Positions 39,255 through 47,712 are shown, counted from the stretch's first letter. The stretch is DNA of 64,000 nt from Parcubacteria group bacterium (GCA_943354045.1 CALRBF010000001.1:136026-200025), one strand, 5' to 3'. Notes: a model not told the origin generated them from the letters alone. Translations and numbers: made by a program.

Positions 39255-40199
39255 TTACCTCTTTGTCGTTTGTTGAGTTACAATTTCATAGGCCATAATA
39301 GCGGTGGCGGTGGCTACATTCAGAGATTGAATCTTACCATACATTGGGATATATCCGAGCATATCACAACTAGAGGCAATACTTGGTCTGAGTCCCTTAC
39401 CTTCGCTTCCCATTACGAGTACAGTTGGTAAGTCATTGAAGTCATATTGATAAAATGGTGGAGTTTCTGGGTTACAATCACTACCCAATATCCAAAAGCC
39501 TAATTGCTTCAAGGTATTAAGTGCGGTATTCATATTGCCTACTTGTACCAGAGGCACATATTTGTCTGCCCCAGAGGCAACTTTTGACCCTATAGGGGAT
39601 ATAATCCCCCCTCTATGCTTAGGTAGTAATACGCCAAGAGCTCCCATAGTCTCAGCCACGCGGATAATTGCTCCAATATTATGTTGATCGGTAATTTCAT
39701 CCAGAGCAATAACTAAACCTTTAGAAGTATCCCCTACTTTCTCTTTGATACTAGCAGCCCATTCTTCTAAACTGAGTAAAGGCTCAGCTGTTACCACGGC
39801 AATAATACCTTGATGAATATAATCCCCTTCTTCAGCAATTTCTTTCTCTAATAATCCGGTTATTTTTTGAATAGGAACATATTGAATGAGGGCAAGAGAC
39901 TCTTTAGCAAGTTCCAAAATTTGCTCCAAACGCTTATCTCGAACCTGATTCTCTCGAGTAATATAAATTTTCTGAACTCGCTTAGGATCTTGTTTTAATA
40001 TCTCCAGCACGGAATTCTTTCCATATACATATTGACTCCCATCTTTATCTTTTAGCTTACCCTTAGGAGCTTTACTCAATTGATTGGCGGGATTACGACG
40101 ATGTTTGGTAGTAGGCAAAGCAGACTTTGGGACATCTTCACGCTTTTCGCGCTTATTACGGCGAATAGCTTTTGACTTCTTTTTGGTAGGATATGGCAT
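39255..40199 (-). CDS. rlmB: SpoU/TrmH-family 23S rRNA 2'-O-methyltransferase (RlmB-like) with Lys/Arg-rich N-terminal extension
   Basis: A C-terminal SPOUT methylase core (GNVGAIIR-like HNIGAIIRVAETMG; LVMGSEGKGL). About 60 aa of basic low-complexity N-terminus. Confidence 0.7.
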   Translation of the reverse strand: MPYPTKKKSKAIRRNKREKREDVPKSALPTTKHRRNPANQLSKAPKGKLKDKDGSQYVYGKNSVLEILKQDPKRVQKIYITRENQVRDKRLEQILELAKESLALIQYVPIQKITGLLEKEIAEEGDYIHQGIIAVVTAEPLLSLEEWAASIKEKVGDTSKGLVIALDEITDQHNIGAIIRVAETMGALGVLLPKHRGGIISPIGSKVASGADKYVPLVQVGNMNTALNTLKQLGFWILGSDCNPETPPFYQYDFNDLPTVLVMGSEGKGLRPSIASSCDMLGYIPMYGKIQSLNVATATAIMAYEIVTQQTTKR

Positions 40200-40261
40200 A
40201 AATAAAATATAAATAATTAAGGCTATACTAGCATAAAATATAGGTATTGTATAGGTGTTGA

Positions 40262-40545
40262 GAGTATCTTAGTCGCTTGTATTTTGTCCTCCTTAGGAGG
40301 AGCTTTAAGTCCCTCCCATACTTTAGTTTGCGAGTGGCCGGAGGTGGATAATTCGTAAACTATGTTATAAAATAGAAATGAGATTTGATCGCTATCCACC
40401 CCCGTCTTGTAGACTTCCCCCTCCCTGCCTACCGAAGGCAGGCGAAGGGAGGACAAGAGTAAAGATTTTTTTGTTACGACAACACAGGCGACTGAAAGGT
40501 CGCCCCTACGAAGTAAAAGTAGGTTTTATGTAGTAGGGAATAAAT
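40262..40545. repeat. GC-rich hairpin-dense repeat element, copy A (candidate structured ncRNA / MITE-like)
   Basis: About 50% GC against a roughly 33% background. It shares an exact 19-mer CTTTAAGTCCCTCCCATAC and a ~30-nt block CACAGGCGACTGAAAGGTCGCCCCTACG with 44950..45245, where the second block is inverted. It also has multiple GGAGG/CCTCC stems, for example CCTCC-tta-GGAGG and CCCTCCCTGCC-taccgaa-GGCAGGcgaaGGGAGG. Confidence 0.5.
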
Positions 40546-42318
40546 CTAGGTATATATAACTCTAGGATTATACTGTTCCAAACCATTTTCTTTGTCTAAG
40601 ACAGTAGCAATTTCTTCACTCAATTCTCTTAATCGTGCCTGTTTAGTATCAAAATCATCGGGTTTTTGATATTGCTCTATATATTCTTTTAATTTATTAA
40701 TTGCTTTAATAATAGAATCCTTATCTGTAAGTTCTGTTTGCTCTAGTTTACCTCTTATATATTCACTTTGACTATATCTTTTATTTAATTCAACTACTCT
40801 AGATGTGTTAATAGAAAATTTAGAATTTATTGTATGATATTGACTAATATATTGGTCTCGCTCAGTAATCCTTAATTTTATATTTTCTAAAATTGGGCTT
40901 AATCTAGATATAGCATCTTGATCTCTAGAGGGATTCCATCTTGATTTAGATTTATTCTGTTCTAGATAATCCTCTATTTCTCTCAGTTCCCCTACTTTCA
41001 TTTTTTTGCTTTCTGGTATTCTAAAATTACGAAGTGCTCTAATATTACTTATAGCTGATCCTAATCTATCTAATTCAGTATTTAGAGATGTACTACTATC
41101 TTCAACTTTATTTGATAATTCCTCTAAGGTTTTTTGATAATCTTCTTGTAATTCAAAACCTTTACCTGTTAATCTAACTTCACAAGTGACTTTTTCTAAT
41201 TCTTCTGATAATAAATTTAGATTTATATTATCAGAAGACCTATCTCTTTCTAAATGAGAAGCTTCTTGATATGATGGATCTCCTTTAATACCCCCTACTT
41301 CTTGTTCTAAAGTATTTTTACTATCTCTAAGTAAATTTAATTCCCTCTCTTTAGCGCCCCTAGCAAAATATTGAATAGATTGTTCAGTAGATTCTGAGCC
41401 GTTATACACCTTTGAATCTACTTTTAGCTTTTTAATTTGCTCCATTCCATCAACATACCCGTATAATTCAAAAATTTCTTCCAAATCTCTATCTGATATA
41501 TAGAATTCTGTTTCACCCCTTACTTCTCGTGTGACCTTAGTTTCAGATAATCTTTTTTCTAATTCTCCTTTAGCTCGCTCTAATAAAATAGGTTTATCAT
41601 TCTCTTCTGCTCCAGTTTCTGCATAACTTGCCTGAGATTCTGTTAATTGCGTATTCAATTCTTCTAGCCTAGTTTGTATAGCTGTCTGTACTTGATTTTC
41701 AGTTTCTTGATCAAAAGTTTGTAAATTTTGTGCTACCTGTAATAAGGAATCTTCATTAGCCTTAATTGCTGCACCAAATTGTGGTTTACTTCGTGCTTTC
41801 TCAGTAAATTCTTCGATTGACTCTGTACTTTTAGGATTAGTTGCTTTTAACTTATTATAAGCTTCCTTAATCATCTGTAAAAGTTGTAGTTGTATTCCTG
41901 ACAATTTTGTTTTTGTATTTTCCAAACTAATTCTAGACTCTTGTCTAGATTGTAAAATTTCATTTTGTATTGCGTCAAACGCTTCTCCCTGCCTACTTTC
42001 TAATTGCTGAATTTGAGATTTAATGTCCTGTATTTCTAAGCCTTGTTCTGATAATCCATCTTCATTTACTTCAAATGATGGTTTTGATTCTTTTATTCCT
42101 TGATCGACTAATTCATCCAAATCAAAATTTAAGGAATCTGGATCAAGTTCTGGCTCTCCCTCAATAGCAGGAGACTCTTTATCTTCTATAGTTTCTAGAC
42201 CTGCTTGTAATTTAGCTAATTCTTCAGGGGATAATTCTGTAGATGCAGCATTACCAGAAGAACCTGCACCACCCTCTTGTTCTGGAGCATATACTATTGA
42301 ATTCTCAAATAATCTCAT
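40546..42318 (-). CDS. Large acidic coiled-coil protein (hypothetical), encoded directly downstream of ftsA
   Basis: 590 aa, E/Q/L-rich with heptad character throughout. No TM segment, no tubulin (GGGTGSG) motif and no P-loop. It lies 9 bp downstream of ftsA on the same strand. Confidence 0.55.
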   Translation of the reverse strand: MRLFENSIVYAPEQEGGAGSSGNAASTELSPEELAKLQAGLETIEDKESPAIEGEPELDPDSLNFDLDELVDQGIKESKPSFEVNEDGLSEQGLEIQDIKSQIQQLESRQGEAFDAIQNEILQSRQESRISLENTKTKLSGIQLQLLQMIKEAYNKLKATNPKSTESIEEFTEKARSKPQFGAAIKANEDSLLQVAQNLQTFDQETENQVQTAIQTRLEELNTQLTESQASYAETGAEENDKPILLERAKGELEKRLSETKVTREVRGETEFYISDRDLEEIFELYGYVDGMEQIKKLKVDSKVYNGSESTEQSIQYFARGAKERELNLLRDSKNTLEQEVGGIKGDPSYQEASHLERDRSSDNINLNLLSEELEKVTCEVRLTGKGFELQEDYQKTLEELSNKVEDSSTSLNTELDRLGSAISNIRALRNFRIPESKKMKVGELREIEDYLEQNKSKSRWNPSRDQDAISRLSPILENIKLRITERDQYISQYHTINSKFSINTSRVVELNKRYSQSEYIRGKLEQTELTDKDSIIKAINKLKEYIEQYQKPDDFDTKQARLRELSEEIATVLDKENGLEQYNPRVIYT

Positions 42319-42327
42319 ATATATTTT

Positions 42328-43590
42328 TTAATCTGGTAAAAAGGTCTTAATAAGTTTGTTGAGTGGACCCCATAATTTGAATGGGGTTTTCTTGGCTGAG
42401 CGACCTCCATCATAATCGAATCCCCCATCTTCTTCGGTATTACCAAATCCTTCTAAAATAAGTCCTACCAAATTAGCATATATAGCATTATCCACATCAG
42501 CAATACTTCCTTCTACTCCTTGAGGAATTCCAATTTTTACCGGAAGTTTTAATTCTTGTTTAGCCAAATCAGCTATAGAATTGAGATTTGCTCCCCCTCC
42601 TACTAGTACTGCTCCTGCTGGTAATAGTCCTTCTCTTTCTATTTCTTGTAATTCTTTTATAATAAGACCAAAAATTTCCTTTAATCGAGCTTCTATAATG
42701 CTCGCTATATAAGATATAGGAAATACCCCCACTTCCTCTGAATTCATTTTTGCTAAATCAATTTTGAGTTTGGAGTCTGCCCCGAGACCATCCTCAAGTG
42801 CTGAGCCATATTTCAACTTTACCTTTTCTGCAACTTCAATAGAAGTTCTAAGCCCAATAGCAATATCATTCGTAATATGTGCAGCTCCAATCGGGATAAT
42901 CGCAACATGAATAAGCCGCCCCTCTTCATATACCGCAAGAGAAGTTGTCCCAGCTCCCAAATCAATCACAGCAACTCCCAAATCTTTTTGTTTTTTGGTA
43001 AGTACTGCTTGAGCTGAGGCGAGTATACCAACTTCCTGATGTTCTATCCCGAGACCCAAAGTTTGTATACATTTTTCTAAATTCCTAATAGGAGATGCAT
43101 TCCCTTCCAGAATTAAAGCCTCTAATTCTAGACGAATTCCATTCATTCCAACAGGATTTTTTATCCCTGACTCTTCATCAAGAATATAGGTTTTGGGAAT
43201 AATAGTAATAATTTCTTTATTTTGACTACTTGGACCTGGATTAGCATTAGATAATACTCTTGCAATATCCTCCTCGGTAACCTCCCCATCAGCACGAGAA
43301 ACCGCCACTTTACCCGATGTCTCAAAACTTTTGATATGAGAACCATTCAATGATATAATCACCTGTTTTATATCCTCTTCTATCATTTTAGAAGCTGAAT
43401 CAAGAGCCAAATGAATACTACGAGTAGCATCTTGTATATCTACCACCACTCCTCGCCTCAAACCCTCACTAGGAGCCACGCCTAAAGCAATAATAGAAGG
43501 GTCTTTATCTTCTCTGAGACGCCTTCCTACCGCTATCTTTGTAAGTGATGTTCCTACGTCTAATCCAACTATTATTTCATTTTTGGACAT
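42328..43590 (-). CDS. ftsA: Cell division protein FtsA
   Basis: IVGLDVGTSLTKIAVG N-terminus, IPKTYILDEESGIKNPVGMNGIRLE (compare E. coli IPQEYAIDYQEGIKNPVGLSGVRM), IDLGAGTTSLAVY, GGGANLNSIADLA, and a C-terminal amphipathic helix KLWGPLNKLIKTFL. Confidence 0.85.
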   Translation of the reverse strand: MSKNEIIVGLDVGTSLTKIAVGRRLREDKDPSIIALGVAPSEGLRRGVVVDIQDATRSIHLALDSASKMIEEDIKQVIISLNGSHIKSFETSGKVAVSRADGEVTEEDIARVLSNANPGPSSQNKEIITIIPKTYILDEESGIKNPVGMNGIRLELEALILEGNASPIRNLEKCIQTLGLGIEHQEVGILASAQAVLTKKQKDLGVAVIDLGAGTTSLAVYEEGRLIHVAIIPIGAAHITNDIAIGLRTSIEVAEKVKLKYGSALEDGLGADSKLKIDLAKMNSEEVGVFPISYIASIIEARLKEIFGLIIKELQEIEREGLLPAGAVLVGGGANLNSIADLAKQELKLPVKIGIPQGVEGSIADVDNAIYANLVGLILEGFGNTEEDGGFDYDGGRSAKKTPFKLWGPLNKLIKTFLPD

Positions 43591-43636
43591 AATTTATCTG
43601 TATTGTTTTTATCTCTTTTTATCATATCACACTTAT

Positions 43637-44095
43637 TTAGGAAAAGGAATAGTGTTTTTTTACTATCGCCAATAATTCCTGCTCCACTTGACTCATTTTC
43701 TGATATTCATCATCCATTTGATGATCATATCCTATAAGATGACATAATCCATGTATACAAAGTACCGCAATTTCATACTCTATACTATGCCCTAAATCTT
43801 GAGCTTGTATCAAAGCCTTATTATAACATATCATAATTTCCCCCAAAATCTGCTCCGGCAAACTCTGAATACTCGCCTCATCCCATAGCGGGAATGACAA
43901 CACATCCGTCACCTTATCCTGAGACCTATATTGAGCATTGAGATGCCGAATTGTCTCCTCTGACACAATAGCAATACTGACCGTAGTCTCCCTGAGATTA
44001 CGGTCAATATAATTGCTAAAACTATCAATACATAAAGCTATAAGATTATTATAGTCTGGAATATTGGGAACTTGTGTTTCAAATTCCAATATCAT
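43637..44095 (-). CDS. ybeY: Endoribonuclease YbeY (rRNA maturation factor)
   Basis: H..H.....H zinc motif HGLCHLIGYDH, 152 aa. Confidence 0.85.
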   Translation of the reverse strand: MILEFETQVPNIPDYNNLIALCIDSFSNYIDRNLRETTVSIAIVSEETIRHLNAQYRSQDKVTDVLSFPLWDEASIQSLPEQILGEIMICYNKALIQAQDLGHSIEYEIAVLCIHGLCHLIGYDHQMDDEYQKMSQVEQELLAIVKKHYSFS

Positions 44096-44098
44096 ATA

Positions 44099-44539
44099 TT
44101 ATCCTAATTTAGCCTGAACTAACGTTTTAATCTGATTACCATCAGCCTTACCTTGTGCTTTGGTAACCACTGATTTCATCACAGAACCAAAATTGGCAGC
44201 ACCCCCCAATTCAGCAATACTCGCATCTACCAATTGAGCTAATTCTTCATCTGAAAGCTTTGCTGGCAAATAAGATTGAATAATATCAAGTTCAGCCTGC
44301 TCTGAATCAACCAAATCTTCTCTTCCCGCATCGCGATAAGCTTGAATAGAATCTTTACGTTGTTTTTCGAGACGAGCTAATACCTTCATCACATCAATAT
44401 CCTCCAAAGGCGCTCCTTTATCAATTTCAGCATTTTTAAATTCTGAACTAAAAGTTCTAAGCACAGTCTTTTTGAGATCATTATGATCTTTCATAGCCTG
44501 TATCATATCTTTTTTAATTTGTAGCGCAATTTCAGACAT
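44099..44539 (-). CDS. GatB/YqeY domain protein
   Basis: About 146 aa, all-helical. It matches the YqeY family usually found between rpsU and ybeY/phoH in Firmicutes-like operons. Confidence 0.75.
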   Translation of the reverse strand: MSEIALQIKKDMIQAMKDHNDLKKTVLRTFSSEFKNAEIDKGAPLEDIDVMKVLARLEKQRKDSIQAYRDAGREDLVDSEQAELDIIQSYLPAKLSDEELAQLVDASIAELGGAANFGSVMKSVVTKAQGKADGNQIKTLVQAKLG

Positions 44540-44550
44540 AGTGAAAGGTA

Positions 44551-44820
44551 TTATTTGATACTTGCTTTAATTTTCAACTTATACTTATTAGGAAGTCTTT
44601 CTGTTGAACTAACTTTTCCCATTTTAACTAATTTATCTTTTTCAGTTAAAAATTGAACTTTTTTAATAGCAGCTTGTCTTTGCTTGGTCTTTGACTTATT
44701 TTTAGTCAAAAATCGTGAGGCTCGGGCTTCAGACAATACTTCGCTTTTCTGAATACGTCGAGTGAAGCGTCGAATCATAGATTCTACACTTTCTCTTTCT
44801 CTCTTTCTTACTTCTACCAT
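44551..44820 (-). CDS. rpsU: 30S ribosomal protein S21
   Basis: MVEVRKRERESVESMIRRFTRRIQKSEVLSEARASRFLTKNKSKTKQRQ matches S21. I chose the start at the internal ATG, preceded by AAGGAGG at -9. The track ORF starts 10 codons earlier. Confidence 0.8.
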   Translation of the reverse strand: MVEVRKRERESVESMIRRFTRRIQKSEVLSEARASRFLTKNKSKTKQRQAAIKKVQFLTEKDKLVKMGKVSSTERLPNKYKLKIKASIK

Positions 44821-44949
44821 ATAATATAACCTCCTTTCATGATTTTTCATTCGCTAAAAATAAGTCCTTAGCAAGACTTTGTTACAATTCTATCACAAAA
44901 TCAAAAGATTAGCAATAGTATGTATAAGATGAGGAAATCAATAGATAAA

Positions 44950-45245
44950 TTATGCTTTCGTAGCGGAGGCTTTAAGTCCCTCCCATACATTGTTTGGGAG
45001 GGGGTTTATCCCTCCACTATTGTTCTTATGTAGGGGAGACCTATCAGTCGCCTGTGATATATTTGAGCTTGAGCTTTTATCTCCCTCCAAAGGGAGGACA
45101 GAAATACAAGTTGCAGAATACTTCCACCCCACCATCTAAAAGACGGTACCCCTCAATTTATCTCCCGTAGGGAGAGAGGGGTAATTTAGAGTAACTAGAA
45201 AGAAGCCACCTGTTAGGGTGACTTAAGAGGTTTTTCCATCAAGTA
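44950..45245. repeat. GC-rich hairpin-dense repeat element, copy B (rearranged relative to copy A)
   Basis: Contains the same 19-mer CTTTAAGTCCCTCCCATAC (44970..44988) and the inverted copy of the GGCGAC-hairpin block (45025..45056). Serial CCCTCC/GGGAGG hairpins: GGGAGGGggtttatCCCTCC, TCCCTCCaaaGGGAGGA, TACCCCTC..TCTCCCgtaGGGAGA..GAGGGGTA. It lies immediately upstream of rpsU. Confidence 0.5.
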
Positions 45246-45569
45246 CTAAATGGGTCTTTGGGATTGTGGATTTAATATGTCTGACACTAGATTCCATAGC
45301 GAATCTGTTAGCTCAATGGTATGAATTGTATTATCAAATCTATATTGTCCTAAATCCTCCTCATGTTTAATGTTGAACCCAAACTCAATTTTTGTTCTTA
45401 ATATTTCAATATCTGTACTATGGTCTGCGGTGAGAAAATCTATTAAGCCTTCCCTAAATCCTACTATAGTTTTTATTTGGGATAGAATACTATCATAACA
45501 TCTAATCCAGTTCTTTCCCGATAATTGCCTTGCTTGTCCTGTCGTGTTTGACATTGGCTTATAAACCAC
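45246..45569 (-). CDS. Hypothetical 107-aa protein (orphan)
   Basis: An ORF only. No recognisable motifs. It sits between repeat copy B and the HisRS-like gene. Confidence 0.3.
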   Translation of the reverse strand: MVYKPMSNTTGQARQLSGKNWIRCYDSILSQIKTIVGFREGLIDFLTADHSTDIEILRTKIEFGFNIKHEEDLGQYRFDNTIHTIELTDSLWNLVSDILNPQSQRPI

Positions 45570-45691
45570 TTAATGTGGTGTGATAGTGCAATTTATATAT
45601 ACCATAAAAATGACATTTTGTCTATCTTAGATAGGAAATTGGAGTATAGTTTATAATTAATTATTATTTGTCTTTGTATTGATTTACCAAT

Positions 45692-46972
45692 TTATTCTTT
45701 TCCTAATTTATGAGAAATTATTGATAATAATTTGTCGATAGGTATTATTTCTTGATTCTCACTTTCTTTATCTCTGAGTATTACTGTTCCATCTACTGCT
45801 TCTTTGCGTCCTACTATGAGGGTGATTTCTGCATCTGATTTTTTTGCTTTTAATAATTGTTGTTTGAGACTTTTGATTCCAAAGCTTTCTTTTACTCCAA
45901 GTCCATGTTTTTGAATAAGGGATAAAATTTTTAAAGCACTTTTTTGTCCTTCAGGTCCAATAGAGGCTACAAAGATATCTGGCTTTTTTTTCTCAATCAC
46001 AGCATCTGTTTGTATTTGCTTTACAATATGTACCAGGGCATCTACATAAATCTCCACCCCCACTGCTCCTGTTTTTTTATCTCCTCCCAAGAGAGTGAAT
46101 AATTCATTGTGACGCCCTCCCCGCACTAATACAATATCTGGATTGTCCTGACTTCTAATTTCAAAATACACTCCTTCATTGAATCCAATTGAACCCGAAA
46201 GTTGAGAGTCTAATTCATAGGGAATATCTAATGTCTCTAAAAATTCTAACACTGCTTTAAAGTATTGTGTTTCTGTAGTACTGAGATAATCTACAATTTG
46301 TGGTAATCGCAAATTAATATCCATATCTTCTAAAGATAATTCATTATATAATCGTATTGGATTATATTGTAATGCCTTCACTAATTCTGCAAAACGAGGT
46401 TGTGATTTTGATACTAATTCCTCATAATATTTTCGTCGTGATTCTTGGCTCCCAAGTTCATTGATGGTAACTATTAAATTAGGTATAGATAATTCTTCAA
46501 GCATTCGATAAGTGGTGAGAATTAATTCGGAGTCCCTTACAGGCATATCATCCCCAATACATTCGGCCTTGAATACATGAAATTGCTGTGGTTCTGTTCC
46601 TATATTATCATCTTCATCTACTAATGATATTCCATAATCAAATAATTTTAATGGTTCCTCTTTATAATCAAGATTATGCTCAATAACTGATTTGAATATG
46701 CTAATAGGTCCTGGAACACTCATTACAATGGCATCTTTGCTATTACTCTTTAGAGTTAGGAGAGATTTTTTATCATTAAGATTGAGCTCAGAAATAATTT
46801 CCGGAGTAAATAAAGAAAGTTTTTGACTAAAAGCAAACACATTATGCTGATAGCCTGTACTTTGTAAAGTTAATCGTATATCTGCAACAATATGTTCCCA
46901 GATGGCAGCTGTTTCGCTTGTAATTTTATTTGCTGACAGTGAGGGAAATGGATGTAATATATTCTTACTCAT
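45692..46972 (-). CDS. Histidyl-tRNA synthetase-like protein lacking canonical catalytic motifs (HisZ-like / pseudo-synthetase)
   Basis: HisRS fold blocks are recognisable (ETAAIWEHI..., QQFHVFKAECIG vs RQFHQLGCEVFG; VRGGRHNEL vs GGRYDGL; C-terminal anticodon-binding-like domain IFVASIGPEG). But LRPEGT is replaced by MSVPGP, and the motif 2 FRHERPQKGR is replaced by SLVDEDDNIGTE. Confidence 0.55.
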   Translation of the reverse strand: MSKNILHPFPSLSANKITSETAAIWEHIVADIRLTLQSTGYQHNVFAFSQKLSLFTPEIISELNLNDKKSLLTLKSNSKDAIVMSVPGPISIFKSVIEHNLDYKEEPLKLFDYGISLVDEDDNIGTEPQQFHVFKAECIGDDMPVRDSELILTTYRMLEELSIPNLIVTINELGSQESRRKYYEELVSKSQPRFAELVKALQYNPIRLYNELSLEDMDINLRLPQIVDYLSTTETQYFKAVLEFLETLDIPYELDSQLSGSIGFNEGVYFEIRSQDNPDIVLVRGGRHNELFTLLGGDKKTGAVGVEIYVDALVHIVKQIQTDAVIEKKKPDIFVASIGPEGQKSALKILSLIQKHGLGVKESFGIKSLKQQLLKAKKSDAEITLIVGRKEAVDGTVILRDKESENQEIIPIDKLLSIISHKLGKE

Positions 46973-46980
46973 ACTCTATG

Positions 46981-47622
46981 TTAATTACTTTCTATAAATC
47001 TCTCCTTGGAAAATACGGTTATCGCATTAAAGGGAAATAGTCTCACTGCGGGCTTTCCTACTATATAGGACTTATCTAAAAGACCCCAAGAGCGAGAATC
47101 CGAGCTATTACCTCTATTATCTCCTAATACAAAATATTTATTTGGTTCTACGATTATATCTATTGGTTCGGGGGAAATAGTTTTGATTCCATCTGTAATA
47201 TATGCCTCATCTAATTCAGTTGGAATCGCTCCGTTGTTTTCATATAGAATTACTGTTCCATCTTTTATTACTACTCTATCTCCTGGAAGACCAATAACTC
47301 TTTTAATATAATATTCTCTCTGAGCTCCTCCTGGAATAAATTCTGTATGAAAAACAATTACCTCAAATCGATGTGGTTCACGAAAACGATAAGATAATTC
47401 ATCTACGATTAAGTAATCTCCATCTGAAAAGGTTTGCTCCATAGAGCGACCTTTTACTAAAAATGGCTGAGCAATATATGTCTTAATAATAAAGTAAATA
47501 ACAGCAAAAATAAGTACTGTTTTGATGAAGTCCCACATTTCAGCCCGCCAAGTATTTGCTTTTTGTTTTACTTCTAGTATTTGTTGACTATCTTCCATAA
47601 AGATTCTGATTAGATAGAGCAA
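46981..47622 (-). CDS. lepB: Signal peptidase I
   Basis: TM anchor, catalytic Ser region GRSMEQTF, Lys region YIKRVIGLPGD, and GDNRGNSSDSR. Confidence 0.85.
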   Translation of the reverse strand: MLYLIRIFMEDSQQILEVKQKANTWRAEMWDFIKTVLIFAVIYFIIKTYIAQPFLVKGRSMEQTFSDGDYLIVDELSYRFREPHRFEVIVFHTEFIPGGAQREYYIKRVIGLPGDRVVIKDGTVILYENNGAIPTELDEAYITDGIKTISPEPIDIIVEPNKYFVLGDNRGNSSDSRSWGLLDKSYIVGKPAVRLFPFNAITVFSKERFIESN

Positions 47623-47712
47623 TTATACACTATTTTCCTTAATTAGTAAAGTGCCAAATATAGCATATTTAAGCTATTTATATAATCTGTTAATTCATAA
47701 CATATTAATTTA

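Noticed and set aside
40333-40403. Two DnaA-box-like sequences (TTATCCACC) in inverted orientation flanking a 45-nt AT-rich spacer, raising the idea of oriC
   Set aside because: Only two boxes, embedded in a GC-rich structured element, with no dnaA or dnaN nearby. It is more simply explained as a long-range stem (GGTGGATAA / TATCCACC) of the repeat element.
40223-40456. Track ORFs 40223..40456 (77 aa) and 44950..45135 (61 aa), which share the peptide VWEGLKA
   Set aside because: The shared peptide is simply the translation of the repeated 19-mer. Both ORFs lie in GC-rich hairpin-dense non-coding islands and lack plausible starts or SD sequences. I treated them as repeat or ncRNA, not protein.
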